NCBI GenBank assembly: GCA_016180855.1 | Contig: JACPAL010000010.1 | Span: 118,988 to 182,987, forward strand | Origin: Deltaproteobacteria bacterium | GTDB taxonomy: Bacteria; UBA10199; JACPAL01 | DNA: 64,000 nucleotides | Direction: 5' to 3' | Shown: positions 37,766 to 47,727 of the stretch, in pieces | Numbering within the stretch: position 1 is the first letter of the stretch | Layout of the letters: each line of letters begins with the position of its first letter | Notes under the pieces: generated by a model | What the model was told of the DNA's origin: nothing | What the model saw: only the letters and a program-made list of their open reading frames with translations | The model's database searches: none | Position numbers and translations under genes: made by a program

Positions 37766-39735
37766 CTTTATTTCTGGTCGCCGTCGGTCTTCTGCTCTGT
37801 GCCTCGGTTTTCTCCTTTGCTGCGGGGGGAAAAACGGTGCGGAAGTTCTTTGGGTGTGCGGGTGTCTTTGCTGGATCGATGATCGGCCTGATCTTCTCCC
37901 TGCGGGCCCTCGTCCGGGGAGAATCGGAAACGATCAGCCTGGGGTCACCTCTTCCGGCGCTGACGCTCGCTTTAGGCATTGATCCCTTAAGCGCCTATTT
38001 TCTCGTTGCTGTTTTTGGGCTTTCGCTTCTCGCTGCACTTTATGCCTGGGGGTATCTCGAGGACCAGGAATCTTTACTGCCGAGTCTCCCGTTTTTTCCG
38101 CTTCTGGTTGCCTCAATGGCAACCGTCGTGGCGGTCCGCGATGGATTTTTTTTCCTCATTGTTTGGGAAGTGATGTCTCTTGCCTCTTTCTTTCTTGTCA
38201 CGGCCGAGCATGGTCTGCGTGGGGCCCGCCATGCGGGATGGATCTATTTGATTGCCACTCACCTGGCGACCGCCTTTCTGATGGCGTTTTTCATCCTTCT
38301 CTGTAAAAAGACGGGATCGTTTGCCTTCGACAGTTTTGTCGATCGTGCTTTTCCTTCCCCCTTCTTCACCAGCCTCCTTTTTTTCTTTGCCTTGATCGGT
38401 TTTGGTACGAAGGCGGGAATTTTTCCCTTTCACGTCTGGCTCCCGCATGCTCATTCGGCGGCACCCAGTTACATCTCCGCTCTGATGTCCGGTGTCATGA
38501 TCAAGACGGGGATCTATGGGCTCTTAAGAGTCTTGACTTTCCTTGGGACTCCGCCGGTCTGGTGGGGAAGTGTCTTGATCCTGCTCGGACTCTTCTCCGC
38601 TTTTCTCGGTATCCTCCATGCCTTGGTGCAAAAGGATCTGAAGCGCTTGCTAGCCTACTCCAGCATTGAGAACATTGGGATCATCATGGTCGGGATGGGA
38701 CTCGGAGTCATCGGTATGGCCGAAAAGAATTCACTGATCATGCTTCTCGGTTTCGGTGGGGCCCTGTTCCACGTCTGGAATCATGCCCTTTTCAAGGGAC
38801 TCCTTTTTTTTGGGGCAGGAAGTGTTATCCACGCTACCCACTCACGAATCCTTGAACGGTTGGGCGGACTCTTGAAAAAAATGCCGGTGACGGGCACCAC
38901 TTTTTTCATGGGGGCTGTGGCTCTCTGCGGTCTTCCACCCCTCAATGGTTTTGTGAGTGAATGGTTGATTTATTGGGGGGGCTTTCATGGGCTTTCAACG
39001 CTCTCTCACCTGCCATTCTTTTTATCGGTTGCCGCCGTTATTGGGATCGCCTTTGCGGGAGGATTGGCCATCGTCTGTTTTTCGAAGGCCTTTGGTGTTG
39101 TTTTTTTGGGGGAACCGAGGGGGACAAAAATTAATGAGGTTCAAGAAGCGACCCTCTCTGAAAGAATCGCCATGGGGATGTTGGCCCTCCTCTGTGGCAT
39201 TTTGGGGCTCTTTTCCAACCTCATCTGGCCGCTTATTGAGCAGACCACGGCAACCCTTGATCCCCTGATTCTCGACCCAGCCCATGAGGTTGTCGTGCCT
39301 CTCCTCTCCCTCAGCAGAATTTTTATCCTCCTTCTTGGTCTTTTCCTGATTCTTTGGGTGATTCGTGCCTTGATTTTCCGGACGAGGGCTGTTCGCAAAT
39401 CGGTCACGTGGGATTGCGGTTTTGCCCTTCCCTCTGCTCGAATGCAGTACACCGGTGCCTCCCTGGTTGAGCCGCTGATGAACTTTTTCAAACCGATTTT
39501 GAGAGTTGAGACACGTTGTGAGAGGCCGAGAGGACTTTTTCCAAAAGAGACCTGTTTTGAACAACAGGTTGAGGACCTTGCGGAGCATGGGATCTTTCGT
39601 CCGTTGTTTCAAAAGATTTCCGATCTCTTTTCGGCCTTGAGGGCACTTCAGGGCAGTCATGTTCAAAATTATCTTGTCCTGATTTTTGGCGCCCTGATTT
39701 TTTTGATCCTGTGGGAGGTCTGGTTTGGAATCTGA
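37762..39735 (+). CDS. HyfB/HycC/NuoL-like antiporter-type membrane subunit of a group-4 hydrogenase-related (Ehr-like) complex
   Basis: 657 aa Mrp/NuoL-type polytopic protein (WLPHAHSAAP). Confidence 0.8.
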   Translation: MTLFLVAVGLLLCASVFSFAAGGKTVRKFFGCAGVFAGSMIGLIFSLRALVRGESETISLGSPLPALTLALGIDPLSAYFLVAVFGLSLLAALYAWGYLEDQESLLPSLPFFPLLVASMATVVAVRDGFFFLIVWEVMSLASFFLVTAEHGLRGARHAGWIYLIATHLATAFLMAFFILLCKKTGSFAFDSFVDRAFPSPFFTSLLFFFALIGFGTKAGIFPFHVWLPHAHSAAPSYISALMSGVMIKTGIYGLLRVLTFLGTPPVWWGSVLILLGLFSAFLGILHALVQKDLKRLLAYSSIENIGIIMVGMGLGVIGMAEKNSLIMLLGFGGALFHVWNHALFKGLLFFGAGSVIHATHSRILERLGGLLKKMPVTGTTFFMGAVALCGLPPLNGFVSEWLIYWGGFHGLSTLSHLPFFLSVAAVIGIAFAGGLAIVCFSKAFGVVFLGEPRGTKINEVQEATLSERIAMGMLALLCGILGLFSNLIWPLIEQTTATLDPLILDPAHEVVVPLLSLSRIFILLLGLFLILWVIRALIFRTRAVRKSVTWDCGFALPSARMQYTGASLVEPLMNFFKPILRVETRCERPRGLFPKETCFEQQVEDLAEHGIFRPLFQKISDLFSALRALQGSHVQNYLVLIFGALIFLILWEVWFGI

Positions 39736-40651
39736 ATTTTTCTCTCTCATCACCCCTCTTCTGATCTTAACGGGGACCCCTCCATTCTTCCTGGGGGTGA
39801 TTGCGAAGACGAAGGCGTTTTTTGCAGGACGGAAAGGACCCCCTCTCTTGCAGGCGTATTATGATCTTGCAAAACTCCTTCGGAAGGGGGCCGTTGTGAG
39901 CCGGAGTGCCTCTTGGCTCCTCCGTATCGCCCCCGTGGCAATCCTTGCCTCCCTTCTGGTTGCGGGACTTCTTCTCCCGATCGTGGGAGAGGCACCTCTT
40001 CACTTCGAAGGAGATCTGATTCTTTTTGCCTATCTGCTTGCGGTTGGTCGTTTCTTTACGATCCTGGCGGCGCAGGATGTTGGTTCAAGCTTTGAAGGGA
40101 TGGGGGCCAGTCGCGAGGCGGCCTTTGGGGCGTTGTCGGAACTCTCCTTCTTTTTGGGACTCCTCGTCTTGTCGATCTTGCACGGGACGGTTTCCTTAAA
40201 TGGCCTCTTTGAGGCAACCTCCTCCCGCCTCCTGGTGGCCCCGGTGATCTTTCTCCTTTTCGGGACTTTTTTTTTCACCCTCTTGACGGAAAATTCCAGG
40301 ATGCCGATCGATGATCCGACGACCCATCTGGAACTCACAATGATTCACGAGGTCATGATTTTGGATTACTCGGGACCAGACCTGGGGCTGATTCTCTACG
40401 GCGCTTCGGTGAAGCTCTTCCTCTTTATGGTTTTTGTATCCCAGATCCTTTGGCCTCCTGTCGGCTATCTTGGCCCTTTAGCGATCGGCGCGCTCCTTCT
40501 TAAGGTGACGGGTGTGGCGATTGGAATCGGTGTTGTCGAGGCAGCGGTTGCGCGTCTTCGATTGATAAAGATTCCACAACTTCTCATCGCCAATTTTGTC
40601 GTTACTGCTCTGGCCCTGCTCGTGATGCTTTTTGGAAAGGGGATCGGATGA
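39725..40651 (+). CDS. HycD/HyfC/NuoH-like membrane subunit
   Basis: 308 aa with about eight TM helices. NuoH/HycD family pattern. Confidence 0.75.
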   Translation: MESEFFSLITPLLILTGTPPFFLGVIAKTKAFFAGRKGPPLLQAYYDLAKLLRKGAVVSRSASWLLRIAPVAILASLLVAGLLLPIVGEAPLHFEGDLILFAYLLAVGRFFTILAAQDVGSSFEGMGASREAAFGALSELSFFLGLLVLSILHGTVSLNGLFEATSSRLLVAPVIFLLFGTFFFTLLTENSRMPIDDPTTHLELTMIHEVMILDYSGPDLGLILYGASVKLFLFMVFVSQILWPPVGYLGPLAIGALLLKVTGVAIGIGVVEAAVARLRLIKIPQLLIANFVVTALALLVMLFGKGIG

Positions 40652-41283
40652 ACTGGATCTTGATTGGGGTTCTCCTCTCCGCCTTTTTTATTCTCGGCAT
40701 CTCCCGACTTTCGGCCTGCATCCGCGCCGTTGCGTTTCAAGGGGCCTTGCTTTCGGTTCTTCCGATCTTTGTGAAGGGGTGGAACGACCCTCATGCCCTT
40801 TTTCTCTTCGGTGGAACCCTCATCATCAAGGCGATGGTGATTCCATCCCTTCTCTTCCGTTCCATCCGCGAGGCGACCATCCGTGAGGAGGCGGAGCCGA
40901 TCGTCAGTCTCCACCTTTCTCTTTTGGGGGGAGGGGGAATCATGGTGGCCGCCTTTTCAAGCCTGAACGCCCTCCCGCATCTTGCCCCCCCTTTTTCGCC
41001 CCTTTTTATTCCTGCAGCGCTCTCGATTGTCCTGATCGGTCTCTTCCTCCTCATCTCGCGAACCAAGGCGATCAGCCAGGTGATCGGGTTCCTCGTGCTG
41101 GACAACGGGATTTTTCTCTTCGGGATGACGCTCGTTGCCGAGTTTCCGATGACCGTCGAGCTGGGGGTTCTCCTGGATCTCCTGGTGGGGGTCTTCGTGA
41201 TGGGGATTATGATTTATCACATCAACCGGACGTTCGACCATATTGATACGGGGGCCTTGGCGACCCTGAGGGATACCGAATGA
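40648..41283 (+). CDS. HyfE-like small membrane subunit
   Basis: 211 aa polytopic protein. Position and size match HyfE. 4-nt overlaps on both sides. Confidence 0.6.
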   Translation: MNWILIGVLLSAFFILGISRLSACIRAVAFQGALLSVLPIFVKGWNDPHALFLFGGTLIIKAMVIPSLLFRSIREATIREEAEPIVSLHLSLLGGGGIMVAAFSSLNALPHLAPPFSPLFIPAALSIVLIGLFLLISRTKAISQVIGFLVLDNGIFLFGMTLVAEFPMTVELGVLLDLLVGVFVMGIMIYHINRTFDHIDTGALATLRDTE

Positions 41284-42716
41284 TTGCCATTTCATTGGTC
41301 AGCATTCCGGTATTTTTGGGGTTTGGGATCCTCTTTTTTAGAAAAGAGGAACAGAGGAGGCTTCGCCGTCGAATACTTCTGGGAGGGGCGGTCTTTCATC
41401 TCGTCGGCACCGCCGCCCTTCATCTTTCAGAACCTCAAGCGTTGGGGGAGCTGTTTATCACCGTCGATTCACTCGGTCTCCTTTTCCTGTCGATCACGAG
41501 TCTTCTTTTTTTTCTCGTTGCCCTTTATGCCCAAGGCTATTTTCATCATGAGCATGAAGTGCCACGAGAGGGTGTAAGTCATCTCTTTGTTCCGTGCATG
41601 TTCTTCTTTCTGGCAGCGATGACGCTTGTGACTGTGACCTCACACATAGGCCTCTTGTGGGTTGCGATCGAGGCGACAACACTCGCCTCGGCACCGCTTA
41701 TCTATTACCATCGTCACCACCAGGCCCTGGAGGCAGCCTGGAAGTATCTCCTCATCTGTTCCGTTGGTATTGCCCTGGCGTTCTTGGGGATCTTCTTTAC
41801 GGCCGTCGCAGCGAAGGGGACGGGGATCCATCTCTTCGTCTCTTCACTCTCTGCCCAGGCAGGATCCATGGACCCTCGTTGGCTCCGGATCGGTTTTCTC
41901 CTGGTTCTCGTCGGATTCGGGACGAAGGTGGGGCTTGCCCCCTTGCACAACTGGCTCCCGGACGCCCATAGTGAGGCGCCGTCACCCGTCTCGGCCCTTC
42001 TCTCGGGGGCCCTCTTGAATTGTGCCTTCCTGGGGATCCTGCGCTTTTATCAAATCTTGATAGCCGCAGGGCTCGCGGAGTTTGCCCAAAAACTCCTTAT
42101 CCTCCTGGGTCTCATTTCACTTTTTGTTGCCGCCCTCTTCATCAGCGGTCAGCGTGATTACAAGCGGATGCTCGCCTACTCCAGCATCGAGCATATGGGG
42201 ATCCTCGCCCTTGCGGTTGGGATCGGGGCCGATTTTGCGGGTCTCCTCCATGCGGTCAATCATTCTCTGACAAAGGCGCTTTTGTTTCTGGTTGCGGGAC
42301 AGATCCTCATTCTCTATCGGACAAAGATTGCCTCCGATGTTCATGGTCTTCTGAAAACAATCCCGCCTACCGGCTTCCTTTGGGTCTTCGGCGGGTTGGC
42401 GATTATCGGAACACCCCCGTTCAGTCTCTTCGTGAGTGAATTCTTGATCCTCAAGGCCGGCCTTGCCCGAGGGCATTTTGTCGCTATGGGCCTCTACCTT
42501 CTCTTTTTGGGAATTATCTTTGTCTCCTTCTCGAGGATTCTCTTCGCCATGGTTCAAGGGGATCGACGGGAACTGCCTGTTAAAACCGTTCCTTGGTCGA
42601 TGCTCTTTTCGCCGGCGTTTCTCGCCGCCTTCGTGCTCCTTTTTGGTCTCTATCTTCCGCAACCGGTCGTCGTGATTCTCAGGGAAGCGGCCCGTCTTAT
42701 TCGGGGTGTCTCATGA
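41280..42716 (+). CDS. HyfF/HyfD/NuoM/N-like antiporter-type membrane subunit
   Basis: 478 aa (WLPDAHSEAPSPVSAL). Confidence 0.8.
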   Translation: MIAISLVSIPVFLGFGILFFRKEEQRRLRRRILLGGAVFHLVGTAALHLSEPQALGELFITVDSLGLLFLSITSLLFFLVALYAQGYFHHEHEVPREGVSHLFVPCMFFFLAAMTLVTVTSHIGLLWVAIEATTLASAPLIYYHRHHQALEAAWKYLLICSVGIALAFLGIFFTAVAAKGTGIHLFVSSLSAQAGSMDPRWLRIGFLLVLVGFGTKVGLAPLHNWLPDAHSEAPSPVSALLSGALLNCAFLGILRFYQILIAAGLAEFAQKLLILLGLISLFVAALFISGQRDYKRMLAYSSIEHMGILALAVGIGADFAGLLHAVNHSLTKALLFLVAGQILILYRTKIASDVHGLLKTIPPTGFLWVFGGLAIIGTPPFSLFVSEFLILKAGLARGHFVAMGLYLLFLGIIFVSFSRILFAMVQGDRRELPVKTVPWSMLFSPAFLAAFVLLFGLYLPQPVVVILREAARLIRGVS

Positions 42717-44191
42717 ACCGGTTTTCAAGCCTTCAGAATGCCCTCCCACTCTCTATTCAAGAGATCCCCGTGATGGACCTTGATTCCTGGCGGAATGAAA
42801 TCCTTAAAATCTGTCGTGAGTCCAAAGGGAGACTCATCGCCCTCTTCTCTGCCCCGGCAGGAAAGGTCTCGCGGCTCTTTGGGGTCGTGGGAATTGATCA
42901 GCATGGAGAGCTCCGAGTCGGTGCGACGGACCTTGGTCCTAACAGGAGTTATGCTTCGCTTACCCCGGAGCTCCCCGAGGCGCATCTCTTTGAAAGGGAG
43001 CTCTTTGAGGAAGAGGGGATCCTGCCAGAGGGTCACCCTTGGCGGAAGCCGGTCCGAAAACATGAAACCGGCCCCGAAGGGGCGTATCCTTTTTACGAAA
43101 TTGCGGGAGAGGAGATCCATGAGGTGGCCGTTGGGCCGGTGCATGCCGGGATCATCGAACCGGGACACTTTCGTTTTCAATGCCACGGGGAAAAGGTCCT
43201 GCACCTTGAAATTCGGCTTGGATACCAGCATCGCGGTGTTGAAAAGCTTCTTCCGAAATCAAAACCGACTCGGCGTGCTGTCCTCGCCGAATCGGTTGCG
43301 GGAGACACGGTAGTTGGTCATGCCTTGACCTACGCCCACGCCATTGAGGCGCTTGCCGGCAGGTCGGTTCCTCAAAGGGCCAAGTGGCTTCGCGTTGTGG
43401 TGCTCGAATTGGAAAGACTCTCTAATCACATTGGCGATCTGGGAGCCTTGGGGGCGGATATCGGTTTTCTCCCTGCCTCGGCCTATTTTGGAAGGCTTCG
43501 CGGAGAATTCTTAAATCTCCTCATGGAACTCACCGGAAACCGATACGGCCGCTCGTTTATTCGACCGGGTGGGGTCCTCACGGATCTTTCTGAAAAAAAA
43601 CGGGTGGATTTTCAACGACGACTCGCCGTGACATCGCGCGAAATTCGCGAGGTGGCCGATCTCTTTTTTTCGACCTCATCGGTCCTCGCGCGTCTCGAGC
43701 ATACCGGCGTGGTGACCCGCGAGATCGCTCAGTCTCTCGGTCTGGTCGGTCCTGCCGCACGGGCAAGCAATCTCATACGTGACATTAGGCACGACTATCC
43801 AACCGGGGCGTATCGTTTCCACTACATCCCTCCCGTCCGGCTTACCTCAGGGGATGTCTATGCACGGGCAAGGATCCGGTCTCTGGAGGGCAAGCGGTCG
43901 TTGGAGTTTCTTGAGGAGGCGCTCAAAGCGCTTCCCCCTGACAAGATTTTTCATCTCTGTGAGGGGTTGCAAGCCTCTTCCCTGGTTGTCAGTTTGATCG
44001 AGGGGTGGCGTGGCGAAATTGCCCATATTGCGATGACCGATGCCCGAGGGGAGATTGATCGTTACAAGATTGTCGATCCATCGTTTCACAACTGGATGGG
44101 GCTCTCTCTTGCAATGCGTGACGGACAGATCTCCGACTTTCCACTTTGTAACAAGAGCTTCAATCTTTCGTACGCCGGGCACGATTTGTAG
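42713..44191 (+). CDS. NuoC-NuoD-like 'large subunit' (HycE-like) lacking all four NiFe-ligand cysteines
   Basis: The ATG at 42713 overlaps the upstream TGA. N-terminal NuoC-like ERELFEEEGI..GHPW. GPVHAGIIEPGHFRF. The L1 position reads ...AESVAGDTVVGHALTY with no CxxC. The C-terminus reads IVDPSFHNW instead of DPCxxCxxR. Confidence 0.8.
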   Translation: MNRFSSLQNALPLSIQEIPVMDLDSWRNEILKICRESKGRLIALFSAPAGKVSRLFGVVGIDQHGELRVGATDLGPNRSYASLTPELPEAHLFERELFEEEGILPEGHPWRKPVRKHETGPEGAYPFYEIAGEEIHEVAVGPVHAGIIEPGHFRFQCHGEKVLHLEIRLGYQHRGVEKLLPKSKPTRRAVLAESVAGDTVVGHALTYAHAIEALAGRSVPQRAKWLRVVVLELERLSNHIGDLGALGADIGFLPASAYFGRLRGEFLNLLMELTGNRYGRSFIRPGGVLTDLSEKKRVDFQRRLAVTSREIREVADLFFSTSSVLARLEHTGVVTREIAQSLGLVGPAARASNLIRDIRHDYPTGAYRFHYIPPVRLTSGDVYARARIRSLEGKRSLEFLEEALKALPPDKIFHLCEGLQASSLVVSLIEGWRGEIAHIAMTDARGEIDRYKIVDPSFHNWMGLSLAMRDGQISDFPLCNKSFNLSYAGHDL

Positions 44192-44205
44192 GAGAGAAGA
44201 AAAAA

Positions 44206-44982
44206 GTGTGGGACCTTCTTAAAAATCGGTGGAAACAAAGGTACAGGACGCAACCCTTTCCTCCAAGAGAGTTGCTGCCGGAGCCGTTTCGCGGGAGACC
44301 GGTTATTGATCCGAAGAGATGTGAGGACGGCTGCCGGCGGTGTGCCGAGGTCTGTCCCACAAGTGCCATTTTGGCCTCTCCGCTCCGGCTCGATCTTGGC
44401 CGATGCCTCTTTTGTCAGGAGTGTGTGTTGGCCTGTCCTGAAGGGGCGATCACTTACTCTCAGGACCATCGGATGGCGATCGGAAACAAAACGGATCTTC
44501 TCTTGACCGGAGAGGAGATAAAGCTTGCCCAGGCCTTGGATCAAAAGATGCGAAAACTCTTTGGGCGATCTCTCAAGCTCCGGGAGGTCTGCGCCGGAAG
44601 CTGCAACGGCTGCGATCTGGAGCTCCAGGCCTTGAATAATGTCGTTTTCGATCTCTCCCGATTCGGGATCCAGTTTGTCGCCTCGCCCCGTCATGCCGAC
44701 GGACTTGTGATTACGGGACCTGTTACGAAAAACATGACGCTTGCCTTGATGAAGAGCTACGAGGCGGTGCCGGATCCGAAGATTGTGATTGCGGTCGGGG
44801 CCTGCGCGATCAGCGGTGGACCGTTTGAGGGGAGTCCTGAGGTCTTAAATGGGGCGGACGGGACAGTGCCGGTTGATCTCTATATCCCAGGTTGTCCGCC
44901 ACATCCCCTTACGATCCTGGATGGACTTCTGAGATTGTTAGGCAGGATCGAGGAGGAGGATCACCCCTTGAAATCCATATAA
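44206..44982 (+). CDS. Fusion of a 2x[4Fe-4S] ferredoxin (HycF/NuoI-like) with a HycG/NuoB-like small subunit
   Basis: CEDGCRRCAEVCP and CLFCQECVLACP, then CAGSCNGCD...GACAISGG...IPGCPP. Confidence 0.8.
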   Translation: MWDLLKNRWKQRYRTQPFPPRELLPEPFRGRPVIDPKRCEDGCRRCAEVCPTSAILASPLRLDLGRCLFCQECVLACPEGAITYSQDHRMAIGNKTDLLLTGEEIKLAQALDQKMRKLFGRSLKLREVCAGSCNGCDLELQALNNVVFDLSRFGIQFVASPRHADGLVITGPVTKNMTLALMKSYEAVPDPKIVIAVGACAISGGPFEGSPEVLNGADGTVPVDLYIPGCPPHPLTILDGLLRLLGRIEEEDHPLKSI

Positions 44983-45006
44983 ATTCCATGTAGACGCCTC
45001 CCGTTC

Positions 45007-46254
45007 ATGTCAGACGATTTTGAATCAGCGGTATCCTCCTGGACCTCCCAGCTTGAAAAGGGGGGACGGGATGTGCTCGAAAAGGCACATTCCTGGGAAC
45101 TGTACGAGCAGACCGTAGCGACCGGTTTCTATCCCTATTTTCAGGCATTGGATGAGAATCAGGGCCCGATTGCGCGCTATGAAGGGCGACAGATCCTCAT
45201 GTTCGGCTCCAATAATTATCTGGGACTCACGACCCATCCCAAGGTGCGTGAGGCGGCGGTCCAGGCGGTTCGACAGTACGGGACGAGCATGACCGGTTCA
45301 CGCTTTTTGAACGGGACCCTTAAACTCCACGAGGAACTCGAGGGACGACTGGCCGAGTTTTTTGGCAAGGAATCGGCGCTTGTCTTTGCCACCGGCTATC
45401 AGGCGAACCTCGGGATGCTGACCGCCTTGATTAACAGGGAGTCGGTCGCCGTTGTCGATAAGTATGCCCACGCCTCGGTTCACGACGGGTGTCGTTTGAT
45501 GCAGGGTGAAAGCATTCTTTTTAAACATAACGATTGTATCGATGCCGAGCGGGTTTTATCCGACATCCCTCCCGATCGTGGTGCCTTGCTCGTCGTCGAT
45601 GGTGTTTACAGTATGGAGGGGGATCTGGCTCCACTGCCGGATCTGGTCCGTTTAGCCAGAAAATACAAGATCAGGATCGCCGTCGATGATGCCCACGGTC
45701 TTGGTGTGATGGGACCGGGGGGAAAAGGGACGACACATTATTATGGTGTTCAGGATGAGGTCGATCTTTTGGTCGGGACCTTCAGTAAATCACTGGCCTC
45801 GATCGGCGGTTTTGTCGCCTCGGACAAAAAGACGATCGACTTCATAAAGCATTTCGGTCGTCCCATGATTTTTTCCGCATCACTCGCCCCTTCTTGCACC
45901 GCTGCGGCGTTGGTGGCGCTTGAGATCTTGGAAAATGAACCGGAGCGGGCCGATCAGGTCCGGAAAAATAGCTCCTTCTTGAAGAGAGGCCTGGATGAGA
46001 TCGGCTACGAAACTGGTCAGGCGGCGTCAGCGGTTGTTCCTGTTATCATAGGAGATAGCATCAAGACGTTCATGATCTGGAAGGAATTGATGGACCTGGG
46101 TGTTTATACCAATCCGGTCCTCTATCCCGCGGTTGCCAAGGGGCGGGAGCTGTTACGGGTCAGCTGTCTTGCCACTCATACACGGGACCATCTCCATCAG
46201 GCGCTCGATATTTTCAGAAAGGTCGCCCAGAATTATGAAATCGGTTCACGTTGA
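45007..46254 (+). CDS. Serine palmitoyltransferase / 8-amino-7-oxononanoate synthase-family PLP enzyme (alpha-oxoamine synthase)
   Basis: 415 aa. PLP-lysine region GTFSKSL, and FGSNNYLGL. Confidence 0.8.
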   Translation: MSDDFESAVSSWTSQLEKGGRDVLEKAHSWELYEQTVATGFYPYFQALDENQGPIARYEGRQILMFGSNNYLGLTTHPKVREAAVQAVRQYGTSMTGSRFLNGTLKLHEELEGRLAEFFGKESALVFATGYQANLGMLTALINRESVAVVDKYAHASVHDGCRLMQGESILFKHNDCIDAERVLSDIPPDRGALLVVDGVYSMEGDLAPLPDLVRLARKYKIRIAVDDAHGLGVMGPGGKGTTHYYGVQDEVDLLVGTFSKSLASIGGFVASDKKTIDFIKHFGRPMIFSASLAPSCTAAALVALEILENEPERADQVRKNSSFLKRGLDEIGYETGQAASAVVPVIIGDSIKTFMIWKELMDLGVYTNPVLYPAVAKGRELLRVSCLATHTRDHLHQALDIFRKVAQNYEIGSR

Positions 46255-47368
46255 GCCTGTCGTCAGCAAGAGACAGCTCAAGGAGTTTATTAAGCTACCG
46301 TGGCGGATTTATGAGTCGGACCCCGCGTGGATTCCTCCTTTGATTCAAGAGAGGCTCGATTTTTTAAATCCAAAAAAGAATCCCTTTTTTGAACATGCGG
46401 ATGTCCAGCTTTTTTTGGCCTACAAAAACGGCGAGCTAGTTGGCAGGACTTCTGTGCAGATTGATCACCTCTTCAACCAGATTCATAAGGAGAAAACCGG
46501 TTTTTTTGGATTCTTTGAGTCCGAAAATGATCCCGAAATTGCGGTCGCCTTGATCAAAAAATGCGAAGGCTGGCTCAAAGAGAAGGGGATGACAAAGGTT
46601 CGTGGCCCTTTTAGTTTTTCCTCAATGGATGAGTGCGGTTTTTTGGTCGACGGTTTTCAATATGCACCTTTTATCCTTACAGCCCACAGTACCCCCTATT
46701 ATCCTGCCCTGGCGGAACAGGCCGGCTTGGGGAAGGTGAAGGATCTCTACTGTTGGAAATACGACGGGAGGAATCCGATTCCCGAAATGCCGCTCGCGAT
46801 TGCCGAAGAGGTACGGAAACATCCGGGGCTTGTCGTGCGAGAGGTCGATCCAGGACACCTCGAACGGGATGTTCGGATTATCATGGATGTTTTTAACTCC
46901 GCCTGGTCTCAAAACTGGGGGTTTGTTCCGATGACCGAGGCGGAGCTCAAAAAGGCGGCGCAGGATTTTAAATTGATTCTTGAGCCGACGATGGCGTTGA
47001 TTGCCGAGGTCGATGGGAAACCGGCCGCAATCTCATTATCTCTTCCTAACATTAATCAAGCGATTCGGGATCTCGATGGGAAGCTCTTCCCGTTGGGTCT
47101 ATTGAAACTCCTCTACCGGGTGAAGCGGAAAAAAATCAGCGGCTATCGGCTCATCGCGCTTGGAGTTAAGAAGGAGTTTCGTGGTTCCGTCCTCGGTGGT
47201 CTTTCTGTCCTCCTCTATGTTGAGATGCACCGGCGTGGCAAAAAACTGGGGCTTAAAGAGTGTGAGCTCTCTTGGACATTGGAAGATAACGAAAAGATCA
47301 ACACGGGTATCGAATTTATGGGAGGAGAACGATATAAAACCTATCGCATCTACGAGAAAACGTTATGA
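46235..47368 (+). CDS. BioF2-like / FemAB-like GNAT acyltransferase (candidate bacterial ceramide synthase-type N-acyltransferase)
   Basis: 377 aa. Start at 46235, a 20-nt overlap with the upstream gene. The PF13480-like family is typically found next to BioF/Spt paralogs. Confidence 0.6.
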   Translation: MKSVHVEPVVSKRQLKEFIKLPWRIYESDPAWIPPLIQERLDFLNPKKNPFFEHADVQLFLAYKNGELVGRTSVQIDHLFNQIHKEKTGFFGFFESENDPEIAVALIKKCEGWLKEKGMTKVRGPFSFSSMDECGFLVDGFQYAPFILTAHSTPYYPALAEQAGLGKVKDLYCWKYDGRNPIPEMPLAIAEEVRKHPGLVVREVDPGHLERDVRIIMDVFNSAWSQNWGFVPMTEAELKKAAQDFKLILEPTMALIAEVDGKPAAISLSLPNINQAIRDLDGKLFPLGLLKLLYRVKRKKISGYRLIALGVKKEFRGSVLGGLSVLLYVEMHRRGKKLGLKECELSWTLEDNEKINTGIEFMGGERYKTYRIYEKTL

Positions 47369-47727
47369 CAACAACCCTTCAACAAGCCCTTATTAAAGCT
47401 GGTTTGGTCAAAAAGGAACAGGCCGACAGGATTCAGAAGGCCAAGGTCCCTGCGAGAGTCCATTCATCGGCCAAGCCCAAGTCCGTCGGATTTATTGAGC
47501 GCAAACATCTCCATCATATCCGGACCGACTGTGAGGCGTGCGGAAAGAACTCGCCCGATGTTGAGTATTACGAACATCAAAACAAAAGCCTCGCCAGGAA
47601 ATGGCTCTGTGTGCAGTGTGCCGATACCCACAACATTCTGGACACCTATCGCCAGACGATGCAGAGCTCCCATGCCCAAAGCAAGCTATTCCGGCGTCAG
47701 TACGGTCCGACCAAGGTCTTTAAATGA
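47365..47727 (+). CDS. Small zinc-ribbon protein (two CxxC pairs)
   Basis: 120 aa. CEACG...CVQC. Overlaps its neighbours by 4 nt on each side. Confidence 0.5.
   Translation: MTTTLQQALIKAGLVKKEQADRIQKAKVPARVHSSAKPKSVGFIERKHLHHIRTDCEACGKNSPDVEYYEHQNKSLARKWLCVQCADTHNILDTYRQTMQSSHAQSKLFRRQYGPTKVFK

Noticed and set aside
42593-42712. Upstream extension of the large-subunit ORF, giving a 124-nt overlap with the preceding gene
   Set aside because: The internal ATG at 42713 forms an ATGA overlap with the upstream stop, and the NuoC-like domain begins there. The extension is out-of-frame read-through of the neighbour's 3' end.
46100-46234. Long N-terminal extension of the GNAT ORF
   Set aside because: It overlaps most of the Spt-like gene's 3' end. 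The ATG at 46235 gives a typical short overlap.
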